Positions 38,401 to 52,213 of a stretch of DNA of 64,000 bases are shown here, piece after piece. Both the position numbers and the translations under genes were made by a program. Within the stretch, counting starts at the first letter, position 1, and every line of letters begins with the position of its first letter. The notes beneath the pieces are model-generated. The model saw only the letters and a program-made list of their open reading frames with translations, was not told the DNA's origin and made no database searches. The stretch is taken from assembly GCA_012295275.1 (NCBI GenBank), contig CM022667.1, positions 20,522,001 through 20,586,000 on the forward strand, read 5' to 3'. This DNA comes from Chrysomallon squamiferum. Taxonomy: Eukaryota; Animalia; Mollusca.

Positions 38401-41400
38401 TTCACTAGCGCGCGCTTTCTAAAGTAAACCGCCTTCTTGAAAATGTGTGAAGTGACTGGAAATCCTGCTGACTCATTGTTCAATTACTGATATCATATTT
38501 ACAGTTATATTGTTTATATTTGAGTAGATTGTGTTGTATGGTAGTATTCGAGTAGATGGTGTTACAGTTAGTATTTCAGTAGATGGTGTTACAGTTAGTA
38601 TTTGAATAAATCTTATTACACTGTTAGTATTTAAGTAAATGGTATTACACTGATAGAGTTTGAGTAAATGGTATTACACTGATAGTATTTAAGTAAATGG
38701 TATTACAGCTAGCATTTGAGTAGATTGTTATTCTGTTGCTATCTGAATAAATGGTGTTACACTGGTAGTATTTTGGTAAATGGTATTACAGTTAGTATTT
38801 GAGTAGATTGTTTTATACTGTTGGTATTTAAGTAAATGATGTTACGCTGATTGTATTTCAATAAATGGTGTTAAGTCAGTATCTGAGTAGACGGTGTTAT
38901 ATTCATATGCTCTTCCACACCAGGTTAATACATTACAGTAGCATAGCTCATCCATGATGGTATTCCCACCATAAGACATGATAACAGAATATTACCAACT
39001 ATAAAATATTCGCTTTGCAGACTGAACTAAACATGTGAGTGCACCCGACTAGCAACTACGACGTCTTCACCTAAGAGCGCCTTTCTTTGTAGGAGAGATA
39101 AAAGCTAACTCGCTGTGGTGTGGCGACCGTGCTGTCAAAGTTTGTAAATATTAAATATCGACCACACTTACAGGTAGCACGCATTATCCCACACTGATCG
39201 ATAAGTTCTGTCATATTTTGCCATAAACATTTATCAATGGAATTAGACTGATACAACATAAACAAGCTCGTGCAAGAAACAAAAAAACAAACAAAAAAAA
39301 AACACTTCAAGAAGTAAGAGAAGACGAAAAACAACAGAATTTAATTTTTACACTATTTTGTTTTTATTATTATTATTACATATATTTACATACATCTACC
39401 GGTATTGCTGAATAACCTGTACTCAGACGCCTTTTATAACAAAATATTTACATTTCATTATCGAAAATGTAATTATTTTTTGGTATCAGATAACAGTTTT
39501 AACAAAAAAAAGTGATAAACTGGTAAAAGTGGATTGCTCAGACTGTGAGACAAACAATGAGTAAACCACTCACCTCCGGTCCCACGTCCTGCACGTTGAC
39601 ACTTGTCACCAGTTCATACAAGAAATTGTCCAGTTCCTTCCCTTCGATAAACCCGTTACCTGAAACGAGACAAAACCCTTGGGTATTGGCGGGTCATAGG
39701 TCAGGCAGGCCTGGCGAACCGTTCTGACAAAAGTACAAGTAACAATAACAAAAAGAAAAGAAGATTTTATTTGCTATAGAAAAATAATAGTAAATATTGC
39801 TGAATGAAAAGGTAATTATTTAAGATGTATAACAAAACAAGACAGACTTAAGAATTAACGATTTCTAGTTCAAACAAAATAACACAAACGACTTAAGGAG
39901 ACAGTACACGTGTTAATATTATTATATTATTTTATTATTATATTATATTATATAAGCTACCGGTTTTTAATTTTTTACTGATTAAAATAAAATACAAATG
40001 AAAAACTATAAAAACCAGTTAAAATATTAATGTTAGTAAAATTTCAGATCATTACAGATGTGTATGTATATTTATGTATGTAATCTACCTGTCTAATCTA
40101 TCTTTTATAAAAACTGTATCTAACTCCGGTGTGACCTTTTTTTAAAATGTGCATGCAGCACATAACTGTTTTAAAGTACATTTCTACCACTAGAACTAGC
40201 AGTCATATTCACTATTTATTAATTAATTTTTATTTATTTAGTTATTTTTAAATCCTTGGGTGACAGTGTAAAAAACTGCATGCCAACAAACATTGTCGTG
40301 TGGGTATACGTGCATATTGGTTTCACTTTAACAGCAAAACTTCAGTATTCTTGATTTATAAATTCTTGTATTTCTTTTTTCTTTCTTTCTTTCTTCTTCT
40401 TCTTCTTCTTCTTATTATTATTACTACTGTACTTTATTATTATATAATATTATACACACTTCTTTTAATAAACAGAAATTGAAAATTTCTTCTTTAATGA
40501 CTCAGGTTTGAATATCATAATTTATGATTAAACAAAATAAAAAAGTTACACAACCTCAGAGAGGTTTGACGGTTGAGTGGTGGGTAACACAGATAAAACT
40601 GTGAGTTACGAAGCGCAACCTGCAGGGTTTACTGCATCCAGTTTCACACTACTTTATCTACAACAGTGGTTTTGAACAAATACAATTATATCAAATACTA
40701 ATATCTCTTATCCATCTGATGAACCAACCGTAGCTTCACCATCTGTACATGATAGGAAATGGAAATGAAAACGAATGACATTTACAGACTAAAGTAATTT
40801 TCAACGCAGTTCAGCGAGAGTATTCCATTGTTCCAAACACATCACAAATCTTATACGGATGTTTTTTTTTCTTCTTAATTTTCTTTTAAAAAATATTACA
40901 AAATAGAAATAAATTATTTCAGCTCAAGTATTCCTCTGCCATGTCTGATGTCTGATATGCGACTGGTAAAAGATGATTATAAAATATCGATTGACCTTTG
41001 AGATGAAATTACGGTAAGTCGTCTGGTACAAAGACCTGATTTGCGATCAAAGGAACTTTCATTCTTAGTGTAAAACATCAAGGAAAAAACCAGAAAAAAG
41101 TATATGTATATCTGATACGAAATAACACAGAAGAAAAACCTGAAAAGTTCACAATACATCACAGAAGACGTGTGATAACAGAGTTTATTGTATCACCGCA
41201 ATCTTAAAAGGAAGCAGAAAAAACGTCTTTGACACTTTTAATTTTCAGATATGGTATTGTAGCTGTTTGTTAAATGAAAGCTGTTGATATCAGCTTCTGT
41301 TTTGGTGGCAGAGACAATCATTTATTTGCACTTACAGAAAAAACAGGATGCTCAGATAGTCCAGCAAACTGCCAAAGAAGAAGAAAAAAAAGAAAAAAGA

Positions 41401-41429
41401 AATGCAATCTAGAGCATTTCTTTTTTGAT

Positions 41430-41522
<93 letters not shown>

Positions 41523-41821
41523 TAGGGTATATTTTTGTCATCTTGTTGTTTCTATGGAAATATGCCAGTTAGAACTGCTAAAAGTACATTCCACAACAAG
41601 CAAAATCGATAAAATGAAAATAACAAAAGAGACAACCAGGAACAAATAAGTCATTATAACTGATCATTAGTCTGATATGCTACATCTGACTGCTCGTAAA
41701 ACTTTTCTTATTTCGCTTTACCGTGTGACAAATAATTTTGTGAAGAACTCATTTAAAATTATCAATTTCTGAAAGAGGTTATATACTGAAGGAAAAACAA
41801 AATAATAAATATATAAATATA

Positions 41822-41860
<39 letters not shown>

Positions 41861-43944
41861 GTGAAAATAAGAAAAATAACAAACAAACAAAAAATATTGT
41901 GCTGTGCAAATATTTGAAGGAGATACAGAATTACGATTATGTGTGTTTATCTGTGCTCCTTGTTAGTGTAATACCACTGTGTAAGAAGAACAAACGTGCA
42001 GAAGGTCAATATAAGGAAATAACTTGAAACCTACAATTACAACTGTTTGAAAAATACTGTTAAAAACAGTGGGTTTTCTATTAGCATAGTTATATTTATA
42101 AGCTCCTAGGGATTACTGTTAATTTTCACATCGCCACAAGTCGAAAATATTACATTATAAAGTCCTTACTACCAACGTCAAATATCTAAACATTATTATA
42201 AGCAGAACAACAAACAAAATCCAGTCCTAACAAGTGTAAACAAAGAGATAATAACAGAACATAATTACGACATAGTGACTGATTTGTTCCGTCTGCTACT
42301 AACATGCAGAAGAAAGAGATTCGTGCTAAATAAGAAGTAGACTTGTTCGTGTAAAATAGTTTTAACAGCAGAAAAACTGTAAACTTTTATTTCTCATTTG
42401 ATCTTTATTATTTTATTTTTTTCCAGTTTAGAAAATAAACTTCTGTTGGTTTTTCAAGGTTTCTGTTTTTTCTTTATTACTTGTTGATTTTTTTTTTTTT
42501 TTTTATGTAATTTTCTTTTTCTTTTTTTAAAATCACCTTGTAGAAACACCACATAATATTACCGTTATGATAATTGTTCTAAGTACACAATATCATGAAA
42601 TTGCCCCACAAACATACTGGACTGGAAGATAATGAGAAAAGAAGACAGGCAGGATGAAACAGATAAATAAAAAAAATAAAAAATGGATCAAGAAAGATTA
42701 TGAATCAGTTTTTAAATTGATTTAGAAATTATTACGATCTATATATATAGATATATATAAATATACTTCATACTGAATATTTGTTAATTACTTTGTAACG
42801 ATGTTTATTGACAAAATTTCGCGCACAGCTGTTGGGGACATTTCAAAATGAACGACCTTTGGTCAAATAAAGACTTAACTTCTGTTGTTTGACTAAACAA
42901 AACTGTTTAAACTTGTATTCGATATTTTATCGGCTTGCTCTATTTGTACTTTCGCAAAGCGGTGTGCACCAGACGGAATAGAACGGGCTTATTCTTCGAT
43001 TGGTTCAAAAGCACTGACAATAAACACTTTCAATGTGGCTTAATCAATACCCTGGTGTTAATAAATCCTCTGTTCTTACTTTATTATTTAAAACAAATCT
43101 TTAACTGAAATCCCCAAGCAGAAATCTCTTTTAATATATGTAAATTAAATATGTCAGCATTAGATGAAGATTCGTACTGGCTTGCAGGCACTGTTACGAT
43201 TAATAAGGATTATTATACAACACAGATAGTTAAAATTCAATTGCTTTGAATAATTATATTTTCATATTTACTGAAATGTTAGTCGAGTTACACCTGTTGT
43301 GTCATGTACGTTTGATTAACTTTAAAACGTAACTGTATCTTGGTGCATCTTATCAGTTTTTCACGTTTTGGAATAAATTATTTTCTATTAAATGAAGTGA
43401 CTTACATAAATTACAATAAAATTAAATAACAGGTGCATGTGAATGTGAGTTTCGGCATATTCACTAAAGAGATATCTGTTACATTTTAAACGATTGACTA
43501 TCTAAATTATTAGTTTACTTTCAAGTCGTATATATCTATATATTCGATTTTCTAAGTTACAAACACTTACTTCTTTTTCTTTTTTCAACATAATAACTAA
43601 ACAATAAATGCGTTCTTTACTTATGTCAGTAAAATTAAATTCTTAAAAATGCAAATGCGTTTCTATACATTTGTTAACATAATTCATTTGATTTCTACAA
43701 ATGTTTTTATTTTGTTGTCCGAGTTAAATATATATTTTAAATTAACATCATATTTTAAAGAAGTGTTTCTCTGCTACAGAGTTAAATGGAGGTTTACTTG
43801 TTACTTCTTTTTGGTTGTGTGTTTATGTCGATGACTTATTGCATTAAACTTATTTCTAAACAAATGGTTTTTATTTGTATAACTTATTAAACTGGAATAT
43901 TTAAAATAGATAGCTTCAAAATCTGAACCACAAAAACCCCCCTA

Positions 43945-43979
<35 letters not shown>

Positions 43980-44970
43980 TAATAATAATAATAATAAATA
44001 AATAAATAAATAAATAAATAAAAAACAAAAAAACTATAAAAAACTGGTTCTGTTCGCAAGTCAAAAAGACCTACATGTACCACACCCATTATGTTGTTAT
44101 GGAAACACTGACGAAAAGCTGCGATTATTGTAAAAAAAACTAACAACAAAGCGTTTCCGAAAATTATATCCATTGTTTGTGTGACACGTGTCTGAACATC
44201 AATATGGTCATTGTTAGCACTAAATACTGGAACAGGTTTTACATTCTCTGTCATTTTACTGTTTACACACACACACACACACAACAACAACAACAACACA
44301 CACACACACACACATACATACATACAACATAAATACACATACACACACAAACATATAAATATATACTCACACGTACAACACACAAATATATATATATATA
44401 TATATATATATGAACACACATACGTACATACATACGTACATACTTACATACAACACATACAAATATATACCTACAAACATATATACACAACGCACACATA
44501 CTACACATACATACATACAAACACATACAACACTTAGACACACACACACACACACATACACACATACATACATACATACAACGCAAACACACACGTGAAA
44601 TAACTAAACCTGTTCTGAAAAAAAGCAGTTTTACTTTATGCATTTCTATGTTTCTATACTACACTACTGCCAAGAAGTAAACAATGCGATTATATGTGAG
44701 GCTGAAACTTTCATCTGTTCATTTGCTGTATTAATTTTCTGCAGTCACCATATCAAAAGACAAAAGAGAGAGAGAGAAAAAAAAACAGTACAACAAACAC
44801 CCGAAGAAATCAATAGAAATGTTTGAATGGAGCGTTAATATTTACAATAGAAAAACTTCTTTGAATGACAGGTTCAGCAGTCAGCCAGGTTATTTCCCAT
44901 CTTAGTACAGCGTCGTTGTTTGGATAATAACCTCAGGAAAAGTACATTAACATTCAGAAAAACTCTACTG

Positions 44971-45010
<40 letters not shown>

Positions 45011-48000
45011 AATGCACACACAAGCAAAGACTTATTTGTATTTTATTCTGTCTTCTCCACTATTCGCCAAATATCACAGAAAAAAAATTGCATAAATCAC
45101 AATTATTACTATTGTTATTTTGTGATAATCACAACTTACCATTATTTTCCAGTTTTCTTCTTACAGATTCAAATATTTATTAAGACAGGTTTTTATCACT
45201 AAGATTTGTTAGTGATTTACATCAGATCTACTAGAATTTATTATTTTACTGTAACACTGCGTATATTCACAGAACTGACACTGTCCCCCTTTTTGTAGTT
45301 GAGCTCAGTCATCGACATGAACTTACAGAATCGTGTTGTTAATACAGTTAAGTAATTTGATATGTGTAAAAACAATACGACAATTATGGTTAATGACTGC
45401 TGCATGATGGGATGTTGATTTCTCGCTGTTTTCAAACGGACTGAACATCACCTCAGCTGAAAAACATTACCGATAAAAATAATACATATTATACTCTTGT
45501 TACTGTTTGCACGGCAGCTATAAACAACACTGGTCTTCACCTGTGAATAATATACAATATAATATAATCAGACAAATAACACAGCAAGAAAGGTTGTGTT
45601 GCGATTTCGAAAATGGCTGTATATTTATAAACAAAATCGTATTAGACAGAACACAGTTTGGTGACGTACATATGTCTGTTTTCCATGCGACAGGTCCCCT
45701 GCAACCAAGTCTATGGCGTGTGTGCTAATTTTTTGCTCAAGTTGTCAAAGCTTCCGTACAATGAAGGCAAACAGAGGAAATCGTGATACCCATTGCAGAG
45801 TATTGTTATATCGCCAGCTATAGATCTTGTTATCGACCAGAGCATTTCGTTTACCTGATAGATCGAAAGTCTCAGTACGTATAGCAATTAAAAACTGCCA
45901 CGGAACCACGTGGGAAATAGCATCGTTAGGCTTGTTATTCACTTTGTATTGACTTTCAAAATTATTATTACTATATTAGTAGATAGTAGAATTGGCAGCA
46001 ACAGCAGCAGTGATAGTTACTGTTGAAGTAATAGTAGCTGCAGTAATAGTACAGGGTTTCTCTTTATAACGCCGACACTGGAACTCGACAGATTTCTTAG
46101 AGAATAACAGAAGACTGCCGAGTTACAGATCCCTTTATTTTGATCGATAAAACTATTAAATATTAACGAACGATTTTAAGAAAAAGGTGTTAACAGCTGA
46201 ACCACTTAATCGCCTGTATTCTTGTTAGACACTTTTTTTTTCTTCTTTTTTTTAATTAGATGTATGTTGTGTAGTCACTGATTTCAGGGAATCAATACAA
46301 GATCGCACGATGCTTTGCAGTACAAATGGTGAGGAAAGGAAATGTGTTCGGGATGCTTCTTTGTATTTTTATTTGTAGGTTGGTCTCAATGTTTCAAAAT
46401 AATAAAACTACTAGAAGGAATAACAACTTTATTTAGAATTACATAATAGTTCATGAGCGTTCCTTTTCCTTGTGAATCAGATGTATTCCTTGTGTCGATA
46501 CATATTCAACGAAGAATATGTTTACGTTGCACAGGTACAAGTACGAATTCAGCTTATTGCAACAACTTGGCAATATCAACGATACCAAAGTAAAAAACAT
46601 TTTTAATACTGCCATTCCAAGTTGATTATAAAATTAATTAATTCAAAAAAAAAAAAAAAAAAAAACATTAATAACTGTAGAGAGAAATATAATTTTTATT
46701 CAAGAAAAACGTCTAAAAACGAAATATTGTTTACTCGGTGATGACAGACAAGATCGACTGATGGCGGTGTAAGTTTACCACAGCCTTTGTATTAGACGTT
46801 TCACTCGGAACGCTGGCCATTAAAACGAAGTAAATTTATGTGTTTTCTGGGGGCGATAAACCTGAATAGCCATACATCGGAGGACATTATAAAGATGATT
46901 TACTGTAGTGGTATTACTAGAAGGAGTAAGTATAGTGTATAATGTACATTATTCTCTTGTCATGATACTGTTGATGTAAATCAAAATAAAAACATACAGA
47001 GAACATTTTTTTTTAACTGGAAAGCAATGAACTCAGATTCGAAACAGAGAAAGCAGAAACTGTATTTCCATCAGATTTTATAAAATTTGCTCATTCGAAA
47101 CACAGAGCTGTCATTTTCACTTTCCTCTTGCAGAATCTCAGAGTCGACTCAAAGGATTTGCGACAAAGACATGCTGTCAGGAAGACCTCTTCACTAAGAT
47201 GTGTAATGGACAGAATGCACACTTCAAGAAAACCATGAAATCGTCTTTTGATGTAGAATATGCAAGGTTTATTAGCGATATTTAGAAACTAGCTTTTATT
47301 TTAATTATCCACTGATATCGAATTTAGGGAAATTGTCATATGATTTCCGGTCTTATAGGTAACTTCTTAACGAAAATTTGTACTTAAAAACACATTTTGC
47401 TGCTACAACAACAACAACAACAACAACAAACAACAATAACAATTATAATATGAAAAACTAACAGAAATACACTCGCTCCAACCCCTTCCATAAAACCACC
47501 ACCATATGTTGTCGTCTAATAAAATGTATGTATTAATTACTTCAATATTAACAGCTGTTTCAGAGTCAAAGATGTGAAAATATTTAACAATCCTCACATA
47601 ACTGTACACATTTGTTGTTTATGAATGTGATGTGAAATGTGTTCCAACATTGAACTGAGGTTTATTAAATTCTTCTAACGTTACATTACTTAAATCTTCG
47701 TAAGAAAATCTATTCGTGGCCATCTTGGTTGTCTGTGAAAAGTAGGATCGCAGTCAGATAAATGCTCCTACTGACCTGTTACTGATTAATCTCCATACAT
47801 TAATCTTCTCGTTGCTGTGAATATACAATCTATTTTGTATCCAGAATAAGCACATTTTTACGATTACCTCATATCTTCCCTGGTCTAGTCAACGATATTG
47901 AATTATTTGTGTTTCCTACTTAACACGTAAAACAATGAACTCACGTTTCACAAAACACCTTGAACATGATATAGCATCTCTTTCCATTTTTTTTTTTTTA

Positions 48001-49485
48001 ATGATTTTACAAATTACTACTAATTCGTTATTTTTTACATGAATTATTTTATTGTTTTCACGTTGACGGTGTCATTAATAATTTACTTTGTCACAGCGTT
48101 GTATTTGAATATTTCAACCCAAAACATTTGTTATAACAATAATTTTGCGCTTAATTTCTATAATCGATATCGACTTTAGAGAAATACAATAATGAATACA
48201 TATTCAGGCAATAAAATAGAATTTTGAAGGAAAAAATAAAATAAAATAAATAAATAACATATAACATACAAATCGATGTTGTAACATGGTATCTCATTAA
48301 AACCAGATATTACTACAGAAAGATAAAAGTAAAAAACTAAACTATTTACACACCTTGTATTAGTCTAGTGTTGGGTGTCACTCTAAACGACTGCCAGTAA
48401 ATAATACTGAACATGTTGCATACGGTTTGTTGTATTTGGACATATGCATTTTATTTACATACTTACTGTATACGTCTGTATGCGTGTATGTATGTGCGTG
48501 TGTGTGTGTGTGTGTGTGTAAGCGTGCGCGCGCGCGAGTTTGTTTGCAAGTTAATCGGAATTCAAAAAGAAAATAATAATAATAATAACGATTGTCACAG
48601 AGAGAAAATAACGGAATCTTATACATGAACCTTTCTAATGATCGGAAAGCAATTCGCGACTTTCGCGATTTTGAGTTTCCAATCATTCCATCCTGAATGG
48701 AACAGAAAAATAAGAAGAAAACTGGGCAGGGCTCACCTGCGAGTATCACATTTGAGTAATTACCTTCTGCGAACCCCGCAATACACAAGTGTAGCATTTC
48801 TAAAAATTTGTTGTATAAAATTTTGTAGATGGGGTTTCTCATGGTATATTTAGTTTAGTTTTTATTGTTATAGTTCGTATCTGCAAACTAATCGCATTTC
48901 CTCAGTTAAAATAATTGGTAAATTTGAAAGATAATGTACAACCTGTTGCAAGAAATCAGATAATTAATATTTATTTTTACTGTGTTGCTGACTATCACTG
49001 ATATAAGCTTTATAAGCTAATAATTAATTATCTTTGTACAAGCTTCAAAATCTGACAAAGGGCTGCGTTCAAGTAACAATTTCATAATTTTTTTTTAATT
49101 TTTACTATTAAATATATACTGTGAAATATATTGTGAAGATGAATATTTTTGTTACTTTTTACAGTACAATCTGACACTTACAGAAATAATCGGATAACTA
49201 ATTACACTGATGGTGCCCAACCTATAGTGTTACTGATCGTAAAAATTAATTATTCTTACGTTTTCGTTCCTGAAATATACAACAACAACAATAACATGAT
49301 CACGACACTAATAATACTAGGGGCATACAAAACATTATTGACATACCATCGCTGTCATAGTGGTTCCATACATCCATGAACTGACTGGCTGTGATCCGTT
49401 TGAAATCTCGCGTTTTCAGATCTCTGAACTGTTTGAGAAAGTTTTTGGAACCTTCCGTTTCGCTAGCTGACGTTTTCTCTGCCAT
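17418..49485 (-). CDS. Cbp53E: Calbindin-32 / Cbp53E-like hexa-EF-hand Ca2+-binding protein (calbindin/calretinin/secretagogin family). join(49485-49347,39659-39574,32547-32458,31587-31501,30120-30064,29548-29465,27396-27341,26646-26601,23911-23855,23058-22987) plus 21653-21540 (295 aa) or 17594-17418 (316 aa)
   Basis: Six EF-hand loops, two LP(M/V)xENFL linkers typical of the family, and N-terminal [35 protein letters not shown]. All introns GT-AG with consistent phases. Confidence 0.93.
17614..18097. repeat. ~51-bp dimeric minisatellite (~9 copies) next to the exon 11b acceptor
   Basis: Alternating subunits aaacttgtatcaatcgttttaaatt and aaacttgtatcagtagtttttatagt. Confidence 0.9.
20732..20829 (+). 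repeat. ~97-bp dispersed direct repeat, copy 1 (copy 2 at 24150-24247)
   Basis: atataattagtaattgtaatacatcggtactagtcaaaatatataa.acctgtttaaacaa.taatcggt.caagtaatcac...ccagtaaaaaata occurs at both sites. Confidence 0.85.
21540..21653 (-). CDS. Cbp53E: Calbindin-like alternative last coding exon 11a (EF6, short tail)
   Basis: tag|DFDTADLEDCKQILLGRCDLNNDGKISKKELTLMLTF-TGA. Not in the ORF track. Confidence 0.88.
   Translation of the reverse strand, partial: DFDTADLEDCKQILLGRCDLNNDGKISKKELTLMLTF
21666..21745. repeat. Three ~25-28 bp tandem copies next to the exon 11a acceptor
   Basis: aacaaagtagtgtcgtctgcta(cta)act x3. Confidence 0.85.
22987..23058 (-). CDS. Cbp53E: Calbindin-like exon 10 (EF5)
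   Basis: tag|[24 protein letters not shown]|gtttgt, 72 nt. Confidence 0.92.
23855..23911 (-). CDS. Cbp53E: Calbindin-like exon 9
   Basis: cag|SANKLNRDDIERVFNLYDR|gtaagt, 57 nt. Confidence 0.92.
26601..26646 (-). CDS. Cbp53E: Calbindin-like exon 8
   Basis: cag|..LLPVRENFLCRPIFK|gtaaga, 46 nt. Confidence 0.92.
27341..27396 (-). CDS. Cbp53E: Calbindin-like exon 7 (EF4)
   Basis: tag|[19 protein letters not shown]|gtatgt, 56 nt. Confidence 0.92.
29465..29548 (-). CDS. Cbp53E: Calbindin-like exon 6
   Basis: cag|NFLYDLLKQSKKETEVSEEQLITYADTM|gtaact, 84 nt. Confidence 0.92.
30064..30120 (-). CDS. Cbp53E: Calbindin-like exon 5 (EF3)
   Basis: cag|[19 protein letters not shown]|gtaaga, 57 nt. Confidence 0.93.
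30557..31377. repeat. ~53-61 bp minisatellite (~14 copies) in calbindin intron 4
   Basis: Unit tttaaatgtcaaact(t/g)ctgtgtcactcttactgttgatgtgatatatt(gtatgtt)ttagta. Confidence 0.95.
31501..31587 (-). CDS. Cbp53E: Calbindin-like exon 4
   Basis: cag|[29 protein letters not shown]|gtaagt, 87 nt. Confidence 0.93.
32458..32547 (-). CDS. Cbp53E: Calbindin-like exon 3 (EF2)
   Basis: cag|[30 protein letters not shown]|gtaagt, 90 nt. Confidence 0.93.
34280..34870 (-). mobile_element. Decayed DNA-transposon fragments in calbindin intron 2
   Basis: Minus-strand translation near 34430-34520 (LNRLI*YRGQMNSSKY*GIWANSLLLSA) resembles the Tc1 'G.MNS.KY..IL...LLPSA' segment. There is a TIR-like end GGGTCATTCCATGTCAAATC at ~34280 with no partner found. 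Confidence 0.4.
36760..36960. mobile_element. Degenerate SINE-like relic
   Basis: ctactcttttcagattagcatcaaacgattttattatacagcttcacacagag and the upstream tgttttatgtaac..gcac..acattc resemble, from memory, an abundant gastropod interspersed repeat. Not checked against a library. Confidence 0.45.
38510..38900. repeat. Degenerate ~27-30 bp minisatellite
   Basis: gtatttgagta(g/a)atggt(g/a)ttaca(ct)gtta repeated about 13 times. Confidence 0.85.
39574..39659 (-). CDS. Cbp53E: Calbindin-like exon 2
   Basis: cag|..[28 protein letters not shown]|gtgagt, 86 nt. Confidence 0.93.
44265..44595. repeat. Compound AC/AT/ACAT microsatellite
   Basis: Seen directly. Source of the spurious C/V/Y/H/T-rich ORFs. 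Confidence 0.9.
49347..49485 (-). CDS. Cbp53E: Calbindin-like exon 1
   Basis: ATG 49485: [47 protein letters not shown]|gtatgt. Confidence 0.93.
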
Positions 49486-49505
49486 CGTTCGCTGCTCGTG
49501 CTCCA

Positions 49506-49544
49506 ACACTGGCTGGGTACGCGCGGTATCGTGCTCTTTAATAG
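49506..49544 (-). promoter_or_regulatory. Candidate core promoter of the calbindin-like gene (TATA-like plus Inr)
   Basis: Minus-strand TATTAAAG at 49543-49536, ~33 nt upstream of an Inr-like CCAGT (A at 49510) and ~58 nt upstream of the ATG. Locally CpG-rich. Confidence 0.45.
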
Positions 49545-50079
49545 ACTAATGTTGTTCTGCGCATGTCAGCCAGACGACATCGATTTCGCGGGAAAATTCA
49601 GTAACAGGTGTGAAGCTGAGTTATTATGTTGGTGTTAGCGATCCGTTTGACGAGAGATTCAGCTACTGCCACGGAGTCGGAAAGCCATTTGGTGATAATT
49701 AAATAAAGAGAAAGTTCTCTAACCGTCGTTGAAAAACAACTGATGTTCGTTCTGCTGGTCAGAAATCTTGGCGATATTTTTTCTAATACATGTAAAAAAT
49801 ATATGAGATCCAAGACCGGAGAAACAGTGGAATATCGAGATGAAGGCATTAAACACTGTGTGACAATCAATAAGTATTACTTCTTTGTCTGGCACGAACA
49901 CCTTGCAGTAGTAGATCGATATGCATTCCAACCGGAACATAATGTCGCTGTTTTCTTTCGCATTTTCAGCAGGTAATTTTGGTGACTACTGTTAATACTG
50001 CACACAGGAACTGCTTGACGGATAATCCCTGTCACCAGAAAACCAAGCACATAAATAACCTAGTAAATAAACAACCTTG

Positions 50080-50112
<33 letters not shown>

Positions 50113-50964
50113 AAATTAAAAAAAAAAAAAAAAAAAATAAAATAAAAAAAAAAAAAAGCAATAAAAAAGTGAAAAGCAACTACAACAGGATGAAAACAAA
50201 TAATAAAATAATAATAGTAAAAATTTAAAAAAATTAAATAAAAATAAATAAAAAAGCAATAAACGAAAAGCGACTACGATAGAAAGAAAACAAATAACAA
50301 AATAATAACAATAAAAAGAAAAAAATTATTAATAATAATAACCATACAGAGTGAAATTCTCTTATCCGATACGATTGGGACTGAAAGTAATTCTAATTTC
50401 TTAATTTTTCGGATTTTTTAAATAATATAAGTAAATATTTCTTATACAGCTTATAAAAATAGTCTGCAGGATTTTATAAAAACATACAATATTTTTATAA
50501 AATATAAAATAAAATACATGCAAAATAATCAGAAGATGTAAGATATAACTAATTGGGATTTAGGAATTTAGGACAAGGAATAAATATCTTAACATCAGCT
50601 TTGTAATTAGGGCTGCGGTTATTTTACTCCTTTTTGACGACTGTTGTTTTCCGTTTATTGTAATTACTACAGAGCTGGAACGGGAGAGATAATTCTCTAG
50701 AAAGGTAAACAGCATCTCGGAAGACTAGAACGAAAGAGGTTAGCGAGTAACAGTAATACAAAATAGTCAAAATATGTACATCGTATTTAAATGTAGTTTG
50801 ATGGTATACTGAGGCAAACTAAATAGATATTATATATTATTATTATATTATTATTATTATTATTATTATTGATTGTCGTTTTTAAAATAAAATGATATGA
50901 TTTCCTAACAAACAAGATTAATTGCAATAAGATGCTTTTCAATATAATAAATAAATAAACAAAC

Positions 50965-51043
<79 letters not shown>

Positions 51044-52057
51044 ATAGTTTCTCAGTAGTACAGTTTTGTAAAAATGGAATATAACAGAAATTTTAGAACT
51101 TTATAAAACTTGCAAACGTACTATATTTCGCATTTACTATATAATATATTCCTACCATATTAAAATGATGTTATGATGTACACACAAAACAGTTCACAGG
51201 GATTTTGTACGGTTTACTACAGTTCTTTTTATTTATAATTAATTTATTATTCTCTAGTAATTACACTACTGCAAAGTGATTTGTTACAGTTAATTACTAA
51301 CAGTGAAAAGCAGCTCTCTTTGAAATGAAATGAATCAATGCAGTATTCATATTAGTCTTTGTACGAATGATTAAGGGGGGAAAATGAAACCTTGAAAAAA
51401 AATTAGTATTTGTTTGAAACCTGTATCTCTATGGAGACAAGAATAATGAGAATGAAATGAAGTAAAGCAAAGAAAACGCAACGGACTAGTCCGAGTATCC
51501 TCAGGCGGAAAGCGGAGAACAACGTGACAGTCACGTGGATGTCTATCGCTGATTCACCGAGCGGCAAAGCTGTCACGTGCTAATCAGATGATCTTTATGT
51601 CACGGCAGAAGTCGATTCAAACGTGTCCGAAGATTTCCGAGGCGGTGATATATGATAGGATCTTGTGTTTCTTCATGTGGCATGTATATATGATGTTACA
51701 TGGTTCTGTTTATGCGAACTCGAAAATGACCGATCTAAAGATATGTAAAAAGCTAGAATTTTTTATTAAACCTACATACTAGCCGGAATCATTGCTAATC
51801 GTGTGATTGTAAAGATTAGCAAATTAAAAACAAAAAAAAAAAAAAAAAAAAACCCACCAAACAAACAAACAAACAAACAAAGATACTCGCGATAGACACC
51901 TATCTTTGGCGGAGAATCAGCGATGTTCGTTCAAATGTGAACTCACTTGTTTCGAGGTGATGCTCGGGCTAACAACGATCGACGAACCTAGAATCTTGCC
52001 TGGCGGATGGTGCGCTGGGATAATAATGAAAAAGTGACAATAATAACAATTTGAAAA

Positions 52058-52088
<31 letters not shown>

Positions 52089-52104
52089 ATTAATTAATTA
52101 ATTA

Positions 52105-52213
<109 letters not shown>

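Noticed and set aside
43916-45202. C/V/Y/H/T-rich ORFs, and similar poly-I, poly-L and ER/LS ORFs elsewhere
   Set aside because: Microsatellite translations.
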